From the NCBI RefSeq assembly GCF_020745735.1, contig NC_083426.1, positions 12,710,001-12,774,000 of the forward strand: a stretch of 64,000 nt of DNA. Direction: 5' to 3'. This stretch comes from Hemiscyllium ocellatum (taxonomy: Eukaryota). The notes under the pieces are model-generated. The model was given only the letters and a program-made list of their open reading frames with translations, was not told the origin of the DNA and searched no databases. Shown here one piece after another: positions 24,041 to 36,200 of this stretch. The translations under genes and the position numbers were made by a program. How positions within the stretch are numbered: position 1 is the stretch's first letter; each line of letters starts with the position of its first letter.

Positions 24041-27000
24041 TAAATATGTTTCTATCTGCAGCATGCTGTGTGTGAATGGCTCATTGTAAATGATCACACA
24101 TTCAGTTTGGGCCCATTCCATTAAACTCTCAAACAGGTTCATGGTCGATGAGGAATGTAACTGAGAATTAGCACTGTTGCCTCACAGTGCCTGAGACCCG
24201 GGTTCAATTCCCGACTCAGGCGACTGACTGTGTGGAGTTTGCACATTCTCCCCGTGTCTCCGTGGGTTTCCTCCGGGTGCTCCGGTTTCCTCCCACAGTC
24301 CAAAGATGTGCGGGTCAGGTGAATTGGCCATGCTAAATTGCCCGTAGTGTTAGGTAAGGGGTAAATGTAGGGGGATGGGTGGGTTGCGCTTCAGCGGGTC
24401 GGTGTGGACTTGTTGGGCCGAAGGGCCTGTTTCCACACTGTAAGTAATCTAATCTAATCTAATTATAGAATCCCTACAGTGCAGAAAGAGGCCATTTGGC
24501 CCATCTGGTCTGCATCATCCATCTAAAGAACTTCCCACCAGACCCAGAACCCCACTCTTTCCCATAGCCACACATTTCCCATGGCTAACCCACTGAGACT
24601 ATACCTCCCTGGACACTATGGGCAATTCAGCATGACCATTCCACCTAATCTGCACATTGGTAGACAGTGGGAAAAAAACTGTAGCACTTGTAGAAAACCC
24701 ACACAGACTCAGGGAGAACATACAAACTGTACACAGACAGTCACCCAAGGTTTGAACTGAACACAGGTCACGGGGACTGTGAGGCAGCAGTGCTAACCGC
24801 TGAGACACTGTGCTGTCCATTTTTGAGAAGTTGAGATGTAAAACGCAAGTTTCCACACTTGTTGCATGTTTTGATGTTCATTGTGTTTTCACACTATCAG
24901 AAAAAAGTGTGAATATTGTCAAGAGAGTTCTGTGATAGATAGCCATGTGTGTACAATGAGAGTAAGTGTTAGTTACTTTGGTCTGAAATTGGAGAGAGAG
25001 CTGCCCTGGTACAGCACTTGCTGGAGGCTAATGTTGTAGGGCCTGGTCCATTTGAAGGACATTGTTGGATGTGGATGGAACAAACAGTGGACAGATGTAT
25101 CGCGGTTCGACCTGAGTGGGATGTAGGTTATGAATCACAAAGAGGACAGCTGAAAGGGGAGAGAAGCTTTATCGATTAATCTACAGGGGAGATTCCAAAG
25201 GACCAGAAGAAACATGATCAATTAAACTGTGCTGTAAACTGTTCCTAAAGTTCCTTCAGCACTGAGCATTTTATATTGTCCAGGAACTGTGTGACAAATA
25301 GCTCAGGAGTTCAGGAATATGTCACTAACTGCTACAGCAGGGACATTACAAAACTCTTCTAAACACTTTCAAAAAGCTGAGTAGACACTTGAGATTGGCC
25401 TCCTCAGTCACTGATAAAACCCCAGAGTCTGTGGGAAAAGCCCATTGTGAAACCACAACCCATACCTGCAGACACTGTAACACCCTCCTGGCACCCATTG
25501 TCTACTGCTCAGTAAAGAGGGAGAACTGTGTCACCTGGAGCAATATGTCTGCAGCCACGTTTGCACAGCCACTGACAGAAATGTTCAGTGGAGAGGCATT
25601 CTGGAAAGGCAGGGTGTGGACAGTTTTCTTAGAGCCCAGATCAGTGTTAATCAACAGGATATTGTGGGTGGCCCACTCTGGGTCATTCAAGGCTGTACTG
25701 AGAGTTTTCAGATCCAGCCCTTTGATCACAATCTCTGGGAAGGAAACCTCCTGGGACAGGCTCATGTCCATGTTGTGGGTGGATCACTGCACCATTCCAG
25801 AGCAAATGGGACATCCATCCGAATGGGGGAGGGGCTTTGTGGCAGCTCCAGGTCCTGCAATTGTTTGTCTCAGAAGAACGGTCTTTTAAAAACTGCTGAA
25901 TGAGCTTCTACCAGGATATGGCTTTGACACTGAGCAAGTCACTTTACAGGATCCCTGACAATTTAATCAGATATTCTTCACTTTGTTAATAACTGCTGCC
26001 ATCACTGCTTCATCACAGAATCTAATGTTTCAATCTGGTCTATTTTTCCAACTGATTCTACAGTGTCCATGTCATTTTGGGACTGGGGGATCTCTGCTCT
26101 CTGTTTCTGACACTCAGACACTGGTGACCTGACAGCAGAGGGGTTTCATCCCCATTGGGGTATTAACCCACAAATGTTTCCAAGTATTCTCCAGGAATTT
26201 ACCCAACGTATTGTTTCTGTTTCCCAGACAGAGCATTGCGATGGTCCTCGTTGTTTCCGTCTCTGGGGAATGACTCCAGAGACTCTCCTTCCATATTAAG
26301 GGTTAAGGTGGGGGCACTGCCTTCAGCATTGTGGCTGGGGATGAGCACGGTTGATGAAGGGTGTCAGTCCCTTTGATCTTCTCAAAGGTGAAACCCAGCA
26401 TGGTTCACCAGACTCACTCATCATCAACCATGTCCTGGTGAATACAAAGCCCCATGTCCATCAGTTCACCACAGGTCCAACCATTTACAAACTGTGAAAG
26501 ACTGTTTGAACTGTCATGTCTGTTCCATTTTAGGAACCACAGCATTAATTTGTGACAGCAAGCTTCTGCAAGGAACAATCTGATAGTGACCAGATCGTGA
26601 CTTTAGTTGGTGAGAATTATGGACCAGGAGATGAGGCAACTCCACAGCTGCCCTTTGAAATAATGCAGTGTAGTTAGTTTCCAGGAAATGAAGGTTTATA
26701 AATAAAAATAGACTGCAAAGACTGGGGCCATTTTCACTGGAGTGGAGGAGGCTGGGTGGTGTCCTTTATGAGGTTTATAAGATCATTAGCGGCACGGAAA
26801 AGTTCTTATTCCTCGGGTGGGCTGTTCAAAACCTGGGAGCATGTCTTTAAGGTGAGAAGAGAGGCAATTACTTTATGAGAAAGTGAGGCAAATGTTTTAC
26901 ACAGAGAGTGGTCCGTGTGTGGAATAAATTATTATAACTTTTCCAATGTCTTTAATGTTGAATACAGACTGAAAACTGGAGTGGTCATAAGCCCTCAAAC

Positions 27001-29870
27001 AAAACATCTTGAGTTTGCTTTTTTTTCTTTTATTTTTGAAGTGCAGTTCCTTAAATATTTTTTGTGAGGAACTAGAGCTTTCTTAAAATGTTTCTGTCTG
27101 CAGCATGCTGTGTGTGAATGGCTCATTGTAAATGAACACACATTCAGTTTGGGCCCATTCCGTTAAAACCTCAAACAGGTTCCTGGTCAATGAGGAATGT
27201 AACTGAGAATTATAGAATCCCTACAGTGCAGAAAGAGGCCATTTGGCCCATCTGGTCTGCTTCAGCCATCTGAAGAGCATCCCACCAGACCCAGAAACCC
27301 ACATAGCCACACATTTCCCATGGCTAACCCACCGAACTTGTACATCCCTGGACATTATGGGCAATTCAGCATGACCTTTCTGCTGAACCTGCGCATTGGT
27401 AGAAAATGGGAAAAAACTGCAGCACCTGGAGTAAACCCAAACAGACAGAGGAAATCGTGCAAAATACACACAGACAATCACCCAAGGTTTGAACTGAACC
27501 CAGGTCACGGGGACTGTGAGGCAGCAGTGCTAACCACTGAGACACTGTGCTGTCCATTTTTGAGAAGTTGAGGTGTAAAAAACAAGTCTCCACACTTGCT
27601 GCATGTTTTGATGTTCATTGTGTTTTCACACTATAAGAAAAATGTGTGAATATTATCTTATCAAGGGGGTTGTGTGAAAGATAGCCCTGGGTATACAATG
27701 TCACTCAGTGTCAGTTACTTCCGTCTGTAAATTGGAGAGAGAGCTGCCCTGGTACAGCACTTGCTGGAGGCTAATGTTGTGGGGCCTGGTCCATTTGAAG
27801 GACATTGTTGGATGTGGATGGAACAAACAGTGGACAGATGTATCGGGGTCCGGCCTCAGTGGGATGTAGGTTATGAATCACAAAGAGGACAGCTGAAAGG
27901 GGAGGGAAGCTTTATCGATTAATCTACAGGGGAGATTCCAAAGGACCAGAAGAAACATTATTAATTAAACTGTGCTGTAAACTGTTCCTTAGTTCCTTCA
28001 GCACTGAGCATTTTATATTGTATAGGAACTATGTGACAAGTAGCTCAGGAGTTCAGGAATATGTCACTAACTGCTACAGCAAGGATATGACACAACTCTT
28101 CCACAGGCTTTCAAAAAGCTGAGCAGACACTTGGGATTGGCCTCCTCTGTCACTAGTAAAACCCCAGAGCCTGTGGGGAAAGCCCATTGTGAATCCACAA
28201 CCCATACCTGCAGGCACTGTAACACCCTCCTGGCACCCATTGTCTACAGCTCAGTAAAAAGGGAGAACTGTGTCACCTGGAGCAATATGTCTGCAGCCAT
28301 GTTTGCACAGCCACTGTCAGAAATGTGCAGTGGAGAGGCTTTCTGGAAAGGCAGGATGGTGACAGTTTTCTTAGAGCCCAGATCAGTGTTAATCAACAGG
28401 ATATTGTGGGTGGCACACTCTGGGTCATTCAAGGCTGAACTGAGAGTTTTCAGACCCAGCCCTTTGATCACAATCTCTGGGAAGGAAACCTCCTGGGACA
28501 GGCTCATGTCCATGTTGTGGGTGGATCACTGCACCATCCCAGAGCAAATGGGACATCCATCTGAATGGGGGAGGGGCTTTGTGGCAGCTCCAAGTCCTGC
28601 AATTATTTGTCTCAGAAGAACGGTCTTTTAAAAACTGCTGAGTGACCGTCAACCAGGATATGGCTTTGACACTGAGCAAGTCACTTTACAGGATCCCTGA
28701 CAATTTGATCAGATATTCTTCACTTTGTTAATAACTGCTGCCATCACTGCTTCATCACAGAATCTAATGTTTCAATCTGGTCTATTTTTCCAACTGATTC
28801 TACAATGTCCATGTAATTCAGGGGCTGGGGGATCTCTGCTCTCTGTTTCTGACACTCAGACACTGGTGACCTGACAGCAGAGGGGTATCATCCCCATTGG
28901 GATATTCACCCCCAAATGTTTTCAAAGGTTCTTTAGGAGTTTACCCAACATATTGTTTCTGTTTCCCAGACAGAGCATTGCGATGGTCCTCGTTGGTTCA
29001 GTCTCTGGGTAATGACTCCAGTGACTCTCCTTCCATATTAAGGGTTAAGGTGGGGGCACTGCCTTCAGCATTGTGGCTGGGGGTGAGCAGGGTTGATGAA
29101 GGGTGTCAGTCCCTTTGATCTTCTCAAAGGTGAAACCGAGCATGGTTCACCAGACTCACTCATCATCAACCATGTCCTGGTGAATACAAAGTCCCATGTC
29201 CGTCGGTACACCAGAGGGACCCTCACCTTGGAACAGGCCCAACCATTTACAGTCTGTGAAAGACTGTTTGAACTGTCATGTCTGTTCCATTTTAGGAACC
29301 ACAGCAGTTAATTTGTGACAGCAAGCTTCTGCATGGAACAATCTGATAATGATCAAATTGTCTTTATTTGTGACCTTAGTTGGTGAGAATTATGGACCAG
29401 GAGATGAGGCAACTCCATTACTGTTCTTTGAAATAATGCAATGTAGTTAGTTGCTGCGAAATGAGAGTTTTATAAATAAAAATGGACTGAAAGGACTGGG
29501 GCCTTTTTACTTGAGTGGAGGAGGCTGGGTGGTGACCTTTTTGAGGTTTATAAGATCATGAGCGGCACGGGTGAGGTCATTTCTCTCGGGTGTCTGTTCA
29601 AAACCTGGGTGCATGTTTTTAAGGTGAGAGGAGAAATATTTTAAAAGAACATGAGGGCTAAGTTTTTAATAGAAATGAGGCAAATATTTTACACAGAGAG
29701 TAGTTTGTGTGTGGAATAAATTATTGTAATTTTTCTAATGTCTTTAATATTGAATACAGACTGAAAACTGGAGTGGTCATAAGCCCTCAAACAAAACATC
29801 TTGAGATTGCTTTTATGGCTTTTATTTTTGAAGTGCAGTTCATTAAATATTGTTTTGTGAGGAACTGGAG
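24041..29870 (+). repeat. Direct tandem duplication of about 2.8-3 kb (24041-27075 and 27080-29870) upstream of unit C
   Basis: Collinear blocks at roughly 90-95% identity; single-copy homolog at about 7670-9060. Confidence 0.85.
24171..24460 (+). mobile_element. 5'-truncated HE1-like SINE
   Basis: AATTA at both flanks; empty site at 27208-27212 in the sister duplicate. Confidence 0.9.
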
Positions 29871-30248
29871 CACACTCCCAGTTACTCAATCACAATTCAC
29901 TTCTCCCTGATTTTTTTTCTGTCAGTTGAGTTTTTGTTTCTGCTTGAAATACTGAGCTTGAATCAACATTATCCTCAACACTTGATGTTTTAACTTTCTT
30001 GATTTCAGATCATTCTATTCTTTCATTGGAAATTAAATCAGTTTTTCTGTTAAACACAACTAATCAAAATAAATGTCTTCACAGTGAACTTTCACCATCT
30101 GGCTGACTGTAGTTTCACAAACTGGCTTCGTATATCCTGTTCCTCATTTAACTTCTTGTAGACATTGCATCACACACTTATTTCAATGTGAGAAACAAGA
30201 GCTGTGGGACTGACATCAAGAACTGAACTGACCTTTGAGAATAAAACC

Positions 30249-30285
30249 ATGTGGATATTGATTCTCCTCATTTGTTCCATTCCCG
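30249..30285 (+). CDS. Unit C signal-peptide exon MWILILLICSIP
   Basis: ATG...G|GTGAGT; paralog of 9708-9744. Confidence 0.85.
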
Positions 30286-33200
30286 GTGAGTGACCATCTG
30301 AGTTGTATATTCAGATAATCAATGTTTGTTGAAGTCCACTGTGTGGTTTATACAGAAGAAATGTTTAAATATTTGAAGGTACATATTCAGATAAAGTGAG
30401 AGCTTGTGACACAATGGTTACATTGTTCTTGCTGTGATAAATGCTGAGAGTTTGATTCTCACTCCAGCACATTTTGCAAAAGCATGTGTGTTCTCACAAA
30501 GTCGAACAGGTTCATTACCAACCTGTAAATCCATCTAACATGCCCAGTGCAGGGAGCAGGACTGGGTGAGGTTCCAGGTCAGCCTTACACAATGCAGAGT
30601 GACACCCCTCACATTACAGCGACTGGCTTCAGGCAAGTGACAAGCTATAGAAAACAGACACAGCATGGACTTTGTCTACACCATGTGTCTCTAAATGTGG
30701 AAGTATTGGAAGTTTAAAGGAACAAATATAAAAATACCTGAACAACATCACAAACATATCTTCTACTGAACATATTGCAATCCCATGTGACAGAGTTCCC
30801 AAATACTTGAGAACAGCTTTATTAATTCTGAATTAAATCAAAATGGACCAAATAATGTTTCTTTTGAGTGAATAAAGCAGCACAATTATTTTAATTTTTC
30901 CAATGTTTTTAATGTTGAATATACACTGACAACTGGAGTTGTAATAAGCCCTCTAGGGAAACATTTTGAGTTGATTAAATATTGTTTTGTGAGGCTTAGT
31001 TGTAAAAGTAGATGGTTGGTTTATATTTCTCTTCACAGAAAAAGCCTTTTATCTTTCAGTCATGAACGTGAATCAAGTCGCTGACTCTCTTTCAATCCCA
31101 CTGCTTTACACATTACAATGTAACACTAAAACTATTGCTCATCATTGCAATCTCTCCATTTATGAGCAAGGAATTGTCAAACACTCAAGATTAAAATTCC
31201 CAATGTGGCATTACTCTAGGCTACAACTCGGTGAATTCTGTTACATGAAAACTTCCTGAAACATTTTGTGGCTCTCGCCCACCAAATTCATGTAGAATAC
31301 TTCACGGGCAGAAACCTGAAGCATGAATCTCTCTGTTTTCACAACTCTCTTTCATTCAAGACTTCCTGTTCCCAATGAGGTCTCTTTCTCCTGACTTTCA
31401 TCAGCTTTACATATTCATGAACTGAATGCCTTTCTCTTCTCCTCTCCACCTTAGATTTCAATTCCATTCTGTCATTTTACTCAAGAATTGTTCTCCACAA
31501 AAAGGGTGGTTCTCCCAACAAGATTGTTGGTCTGGTATTTATTGAAGTAAAGTCTCCCCAGTCATCAACAGGCTGTTCCTCTTCCACACCAGGAAACAAC
31601 ATTGCAGCAATTTAAGCACTGTCTCATGAAACATCTCTCTGGTACAGTCAGTAAATTATTTAGGTTATTTTACACTCCTTACACTGACAACAATGTGTGA
31701 TTACAAACCATCCTGCCTTTACTGCCCTCAAGGTCCTACACATTGATCTCTCTCTCTCCCATCATGAACTATCCCTTGCCGAACTCCAATTCTCTTCCTC
31801 TCCCACTTGAGGACTGTCATTATCTTGCCTGGGTCACCTGTTGTATCTACACGTTGAGCCCTGAAAATGCAGCCCCTGAGCCCACCATGAGTCTACACAC
31901 ACCCCTCTCCTCCCTCGATTAATCCCTTGCTCTCCGGTCAGAGGAAGGATCCATCAGCACCTGTGCCCTTCATCACACTGATTCCCAGCCGACTCCAACC
32001 CAATCCCCTCACTCAGGCTGCTCTCCGGGGCATGAGGCAACATTTCAATGATGTCACACATGGTGGAGTTAGAGCCCACAGCGGGCAGCACAAGCCCAAT
32101 TTCAAGATTGTCGCAAAGCTCGACCGGTGGGGAAAGAAAATATCACGACTGTTTCAATAATACATAGAGTCATAGAGATGTACAGCATGGAAACAGACCC
32201 TTCGGTCCAACCCGTCCACACTGACCAGATATCCCAACCAAATCTAGTCCAACCTGCCAACGCCTAGCCCATATCCCTCCAAAGCCTTCCCAATCATATA
32301 CCCATCCAAATATCTCTTCAATGTTACAATTGTACCAGCCTCCACCGCATCCTGGTAGCTAATTCCATACACATACCACCCTCTGCGTGAAAATGTTGCC
32401 CCTTAGGTTTCTTTTATATCTTTCCCCTCTAAGCCTAAAACTATGCCCTCTAGTTTTGGACACCCTGACCCCAGGGAAAAGACTTTGTCTATTTATCCTA
32501 TCCATGCTCCTCAGAATTTTGTAAACCTCTATAAGGTCACCCCTCAGTCTCCGACGCTCAAGGGAAAACAGCCCCAGCCTGTTCAGCCTCTCCCTGTAGC
32601 TCAGATCCTCAACCCTGGCAACATCCTTGTAAATCTTTTCTGAACCCTTTCAAGTTTCACAACATCTTTCCAATAGGAAGGAGACCAGAATTGTATGCAA
32701 TATTCCAACAGTGACCTAACCAATGTCCTGTACAGCCGCAACATGACCTCCCAACTCCTGTACTCAATACTCTGACCAATAAAGGAAAGCATACCAAACG
32801 CCTTCTTCGCTATCCTATCTAGCTGCAACTCCACTTTCAAGGAGCTATGAACCTGCACTCCAAGGTCTCTTTGTTCTGCAACACTCCCTAGGACCTTACC
32901 GTTAAGTTTACAAGTCCTGCTCAGATTTGCTTTCCCAAAATGCAGCACCTCACATTTATCTGAATTAAACTCCATCTGCCACTTCTCAGCTCATTGGCCC
33001 ATCTGGTCCAGATCCTGTTGTAATCTGAGGTAACCCTCTTCGCTGTCCACTTCACCTCCAATTTTGGTGTCATCTGCAAACTTACCAACTGTACCTCTTG
33101 TGCTTGTATCCAAATTATTTATGTAAATGACAAAAAGTAGAGGGCCCAGCACTGATCCTTGTGGCACTCCACTGGTCATAGGCTTCCAGTCTGAAAAGCA

Positions 33201-36200
33201 ACCCTCCACCAACACCCTCTGTCTTCTACCTTTGAGCCAGTTCTGTATCCAAATGGCTAGTTCTCCCTGTATTCCATGAGATCTAACCTTGCTAATCAGT
33301 CTCCCATGGGGAATCTTGTCGAACGTTCTACTGAAGTCAATATAGATCACATCTACTGCTCTGCGCTCATCAATCTTCTTTGTTATTTCTTCAAAAAACT
33401 CAATCAAGTATGTGAGACATGATTTCCCATGCACAAAAGCCATGTTGACTATCCCGAATCAATCCTGGCCTTTTCACATACATATACATCCTGTCCGTCA
33501 GGATTCCCTCTAACAACTTGCCCACCACCGAAATCAAGCACACTGGTCTATAGTTCCCTGGCTTGTCTTTACCACCCTTCTTAAACAGTGGCACCACCTT
33601 TGCCAACCTCTAGCCTTCCGGCACCTCACCTGTGACTATCGATGATACAAATATCTCAGCAAGAGGCCCAGCAATCTCTTTTCTAGCTTCCTACAGAATT
33701 CTCGGGGACATCTGATTAGATCCTGGGGATTTATCCACCTTTAACCTTTTCAAGACATCCGGCAATTCCTCCTCTGTAATCCGGACATTTTACAAGATGT
33801 CACCATCTGTTTCCCAGCAGTCTATATCTTCCATATCTTTTTCCACAGTAAATACTGATGCAAAATATTCATTTAGTATCTCCCCCATTTTCTGCAGCTC
33901 CACACAAAGGCCGCCTTGCTGATCTTTGTGGGGTCCTATTCTCTCCCTAGTTATCATTTTGTCCTTAATATACTTGTAAAACCCCTTTGGATTCTCCTTA
34001 ATTCTATTTGCCAAAGCTATCTCATGTCCCCGTTTTGCCCTCCTGATTTCCCTCTTTAGTATACTCCTACTTTCTTTTTACTCTTCTAAGGATTCACTCG
34101 ATCTATCCTGTCCATACCTGACATATGCTTCCTTCTTTTTCTTAACCAAACCCTCAATTTCTTTAGTCATCTAGAATTCCCTTTCATCCTGAAAATGTGT
34201 TGCTGGTTAAAGCGCAGCAGGTCAGGCAACATCCAAGGAACAGGGAATTCGATGTTTCGGGCACAAGCCCTTCTTCAGGAATGAGGAAAGTGTGTCCAGC
34301 AGGCTAAGATAAAAGGTAGGGAGGAGGGACTTGGGGGAGGGGCGATGGAGATGTGATAGGTGGAAGGAGGTCAAGGTGAGGGTGATAGGCCGGAGTGGGG
34401 TGGGGACAGAGAGGTCAGGAAGAAGATTGCAGGTTAGGAGGGCGGTGCTGAGTTCAAGGGAATTGACTGAGACAAGGTGGGGGGAGGGGAAATAAGGAAA
34501 CTGGAGAAATTTGAGTTCATCCCTTGTGGTTGGAAGGTTCCCAGGCGGAAGATGAGGCACTCTTACTCCAACCGTCGTGTTGTTATGTTCTGGCGATGGA
34601 GGAGTCCAAGGACCTGCATGTCCTTGGTGGAGTGGGAGGGGCAGTTAAAATGTTGAGCCACCGGGTGGTTGGGTTGGTTGGTCCGGGCGTCCCAGAGGTG
34701 TTCCTTGAAGCGTTCCGCAAGTAGGCGGCTCGTCTCCCCAATATAGAGGAGGCCACATCAGGTGCAGCGGATGCAATAGATGATGTGTGTGGAGGTGCAG
34801 GTGAATTTGTGGCGGATATGGAAGGATCCCTTGGGGCCTTGGAGAGAGGTAAGGGAGGAGGTGTGGGCGCAAGTTTTGTATTTCCTGCGGTTGTAGGGGA
34901 AGGTGCCGGGAGTGGAGGTTGTGTTGGTGGGGGGTGTGGACCTGACGAGGGAGTCACGGAGGGAGTGGTCTTTTCGGAACGCTGATAGGGGAGGGGAAGG
35001 AAATATATCCCTGGTGGTGCGGTCCGTTTGGAGGTGGCGGAAATGACGGCGGATGATACGCTGTATATGGAGGTTGGTGGGGTGGTAGGTGAGAACCAGT
35101 GGGGTTCTGTCCTGGTGGCGGTTGGAGGGGCGGGGCTCAAGGGCGGAGGAGCGGGAAGTGGAGGAGATGCGGTGGAGGGCATCGTCGATCACGTCTGGGG
35201 GGAATCTGCGGTCTTAGAAGAAGGAGGCCATCTGGGCTGTATGGTATTGGAACTGGTCCTCCTGGGAGCAGATGCGACGGAGACGAAGGAATTGGGAATA
35301 TGGGATGGCGTTTCTACAGGGGGCAGGGTGGGAGGAGGTGTAGTCCAGGTAGCTGTGGGAGTCAGTCGGTTTATAGTAGATGTCTGTGTTGATTCAGTCG
35401 CCCGAGATAGAAATGGAAAGGTCTAGGAAGGGGAGGGAGGAGTCTGAGATGGTCCAGGTGAATTTGAGGTCAGGGTGGAAGGTGTTGGTAAAGTGGATGA
35501 ACTGTTCAACCTCCTCGTGGGAGCACGAGGCAGCGCCGATACAGTCATCGATGTAGCGGAGGAAAAGGTGGGGGGTGGTGCCAGTGTAGTTGCGGAAGAT
35601 GGACTGTTCCACATATCCTATGAAGAGACAGGCATAGCTGGCGCCCATGCGGGTGCCCATGGCAATTTCTTTAGTTTGAAGGAAGTGGGAGGATTGGAAA
35701 GAGAAATTGTTCAGGGTGAAGACCAGTTCAGTCAGTCGAAGGAGGGTGTCGGTGGAAGGGTACTGGTTGGTACGGCAGGAAAGGAAGAAGCGGAGGGCTT
35801 TGAGTCCTTCGTGATGGAGGATGGAGGTGTACAGGGATTGGATGTCCATCGTGAAGATAAGGCGATGGGGACCGGGGAAGCGAAAATCATGGAGGAGGTG
35901 GAGGGCGTGGGTGGTGTCCCGAACGTAGGTGGGGAGTTCTTAGACTAAGAGGGACAGAACCGTGTCGAGGTATTGGGAGATGAGTTCGGTGGGGCAGGAG
36001 CAGGCTGTGACAATGGGTCGGCCAGGGCATTCAGGTTTGTGGATTTTGGGCAGGAGGTAGAAACGGGCGGTGCGGGGTTGTGGGACTATGAGGTTGGAGG
36101 CGGTGGATGGGAGATCCCCTGAGGTGATGAGGTTATGGATGGTCTGGGCGATGATGGTTTGGTGGTGGGAGGTGGGGTCCTGGTCAAGGGGGCAGTAAGA

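Noticed and set aside
25389-25889. 166-aa + strand ORF retained in two copies (also 28131-28631)
   Set aside because: It starts at TTG, has no splice or domain support, the copies are recent duplicates so an open frame is unsurprising, and the third copy is disrupted at its 5' end.
34583-35426. Long Pro- or Gly-rich ORFs on both strands
   Set aside because: These are alternative-frame and antisense shadows of the GC-skewed Penelope ORF.
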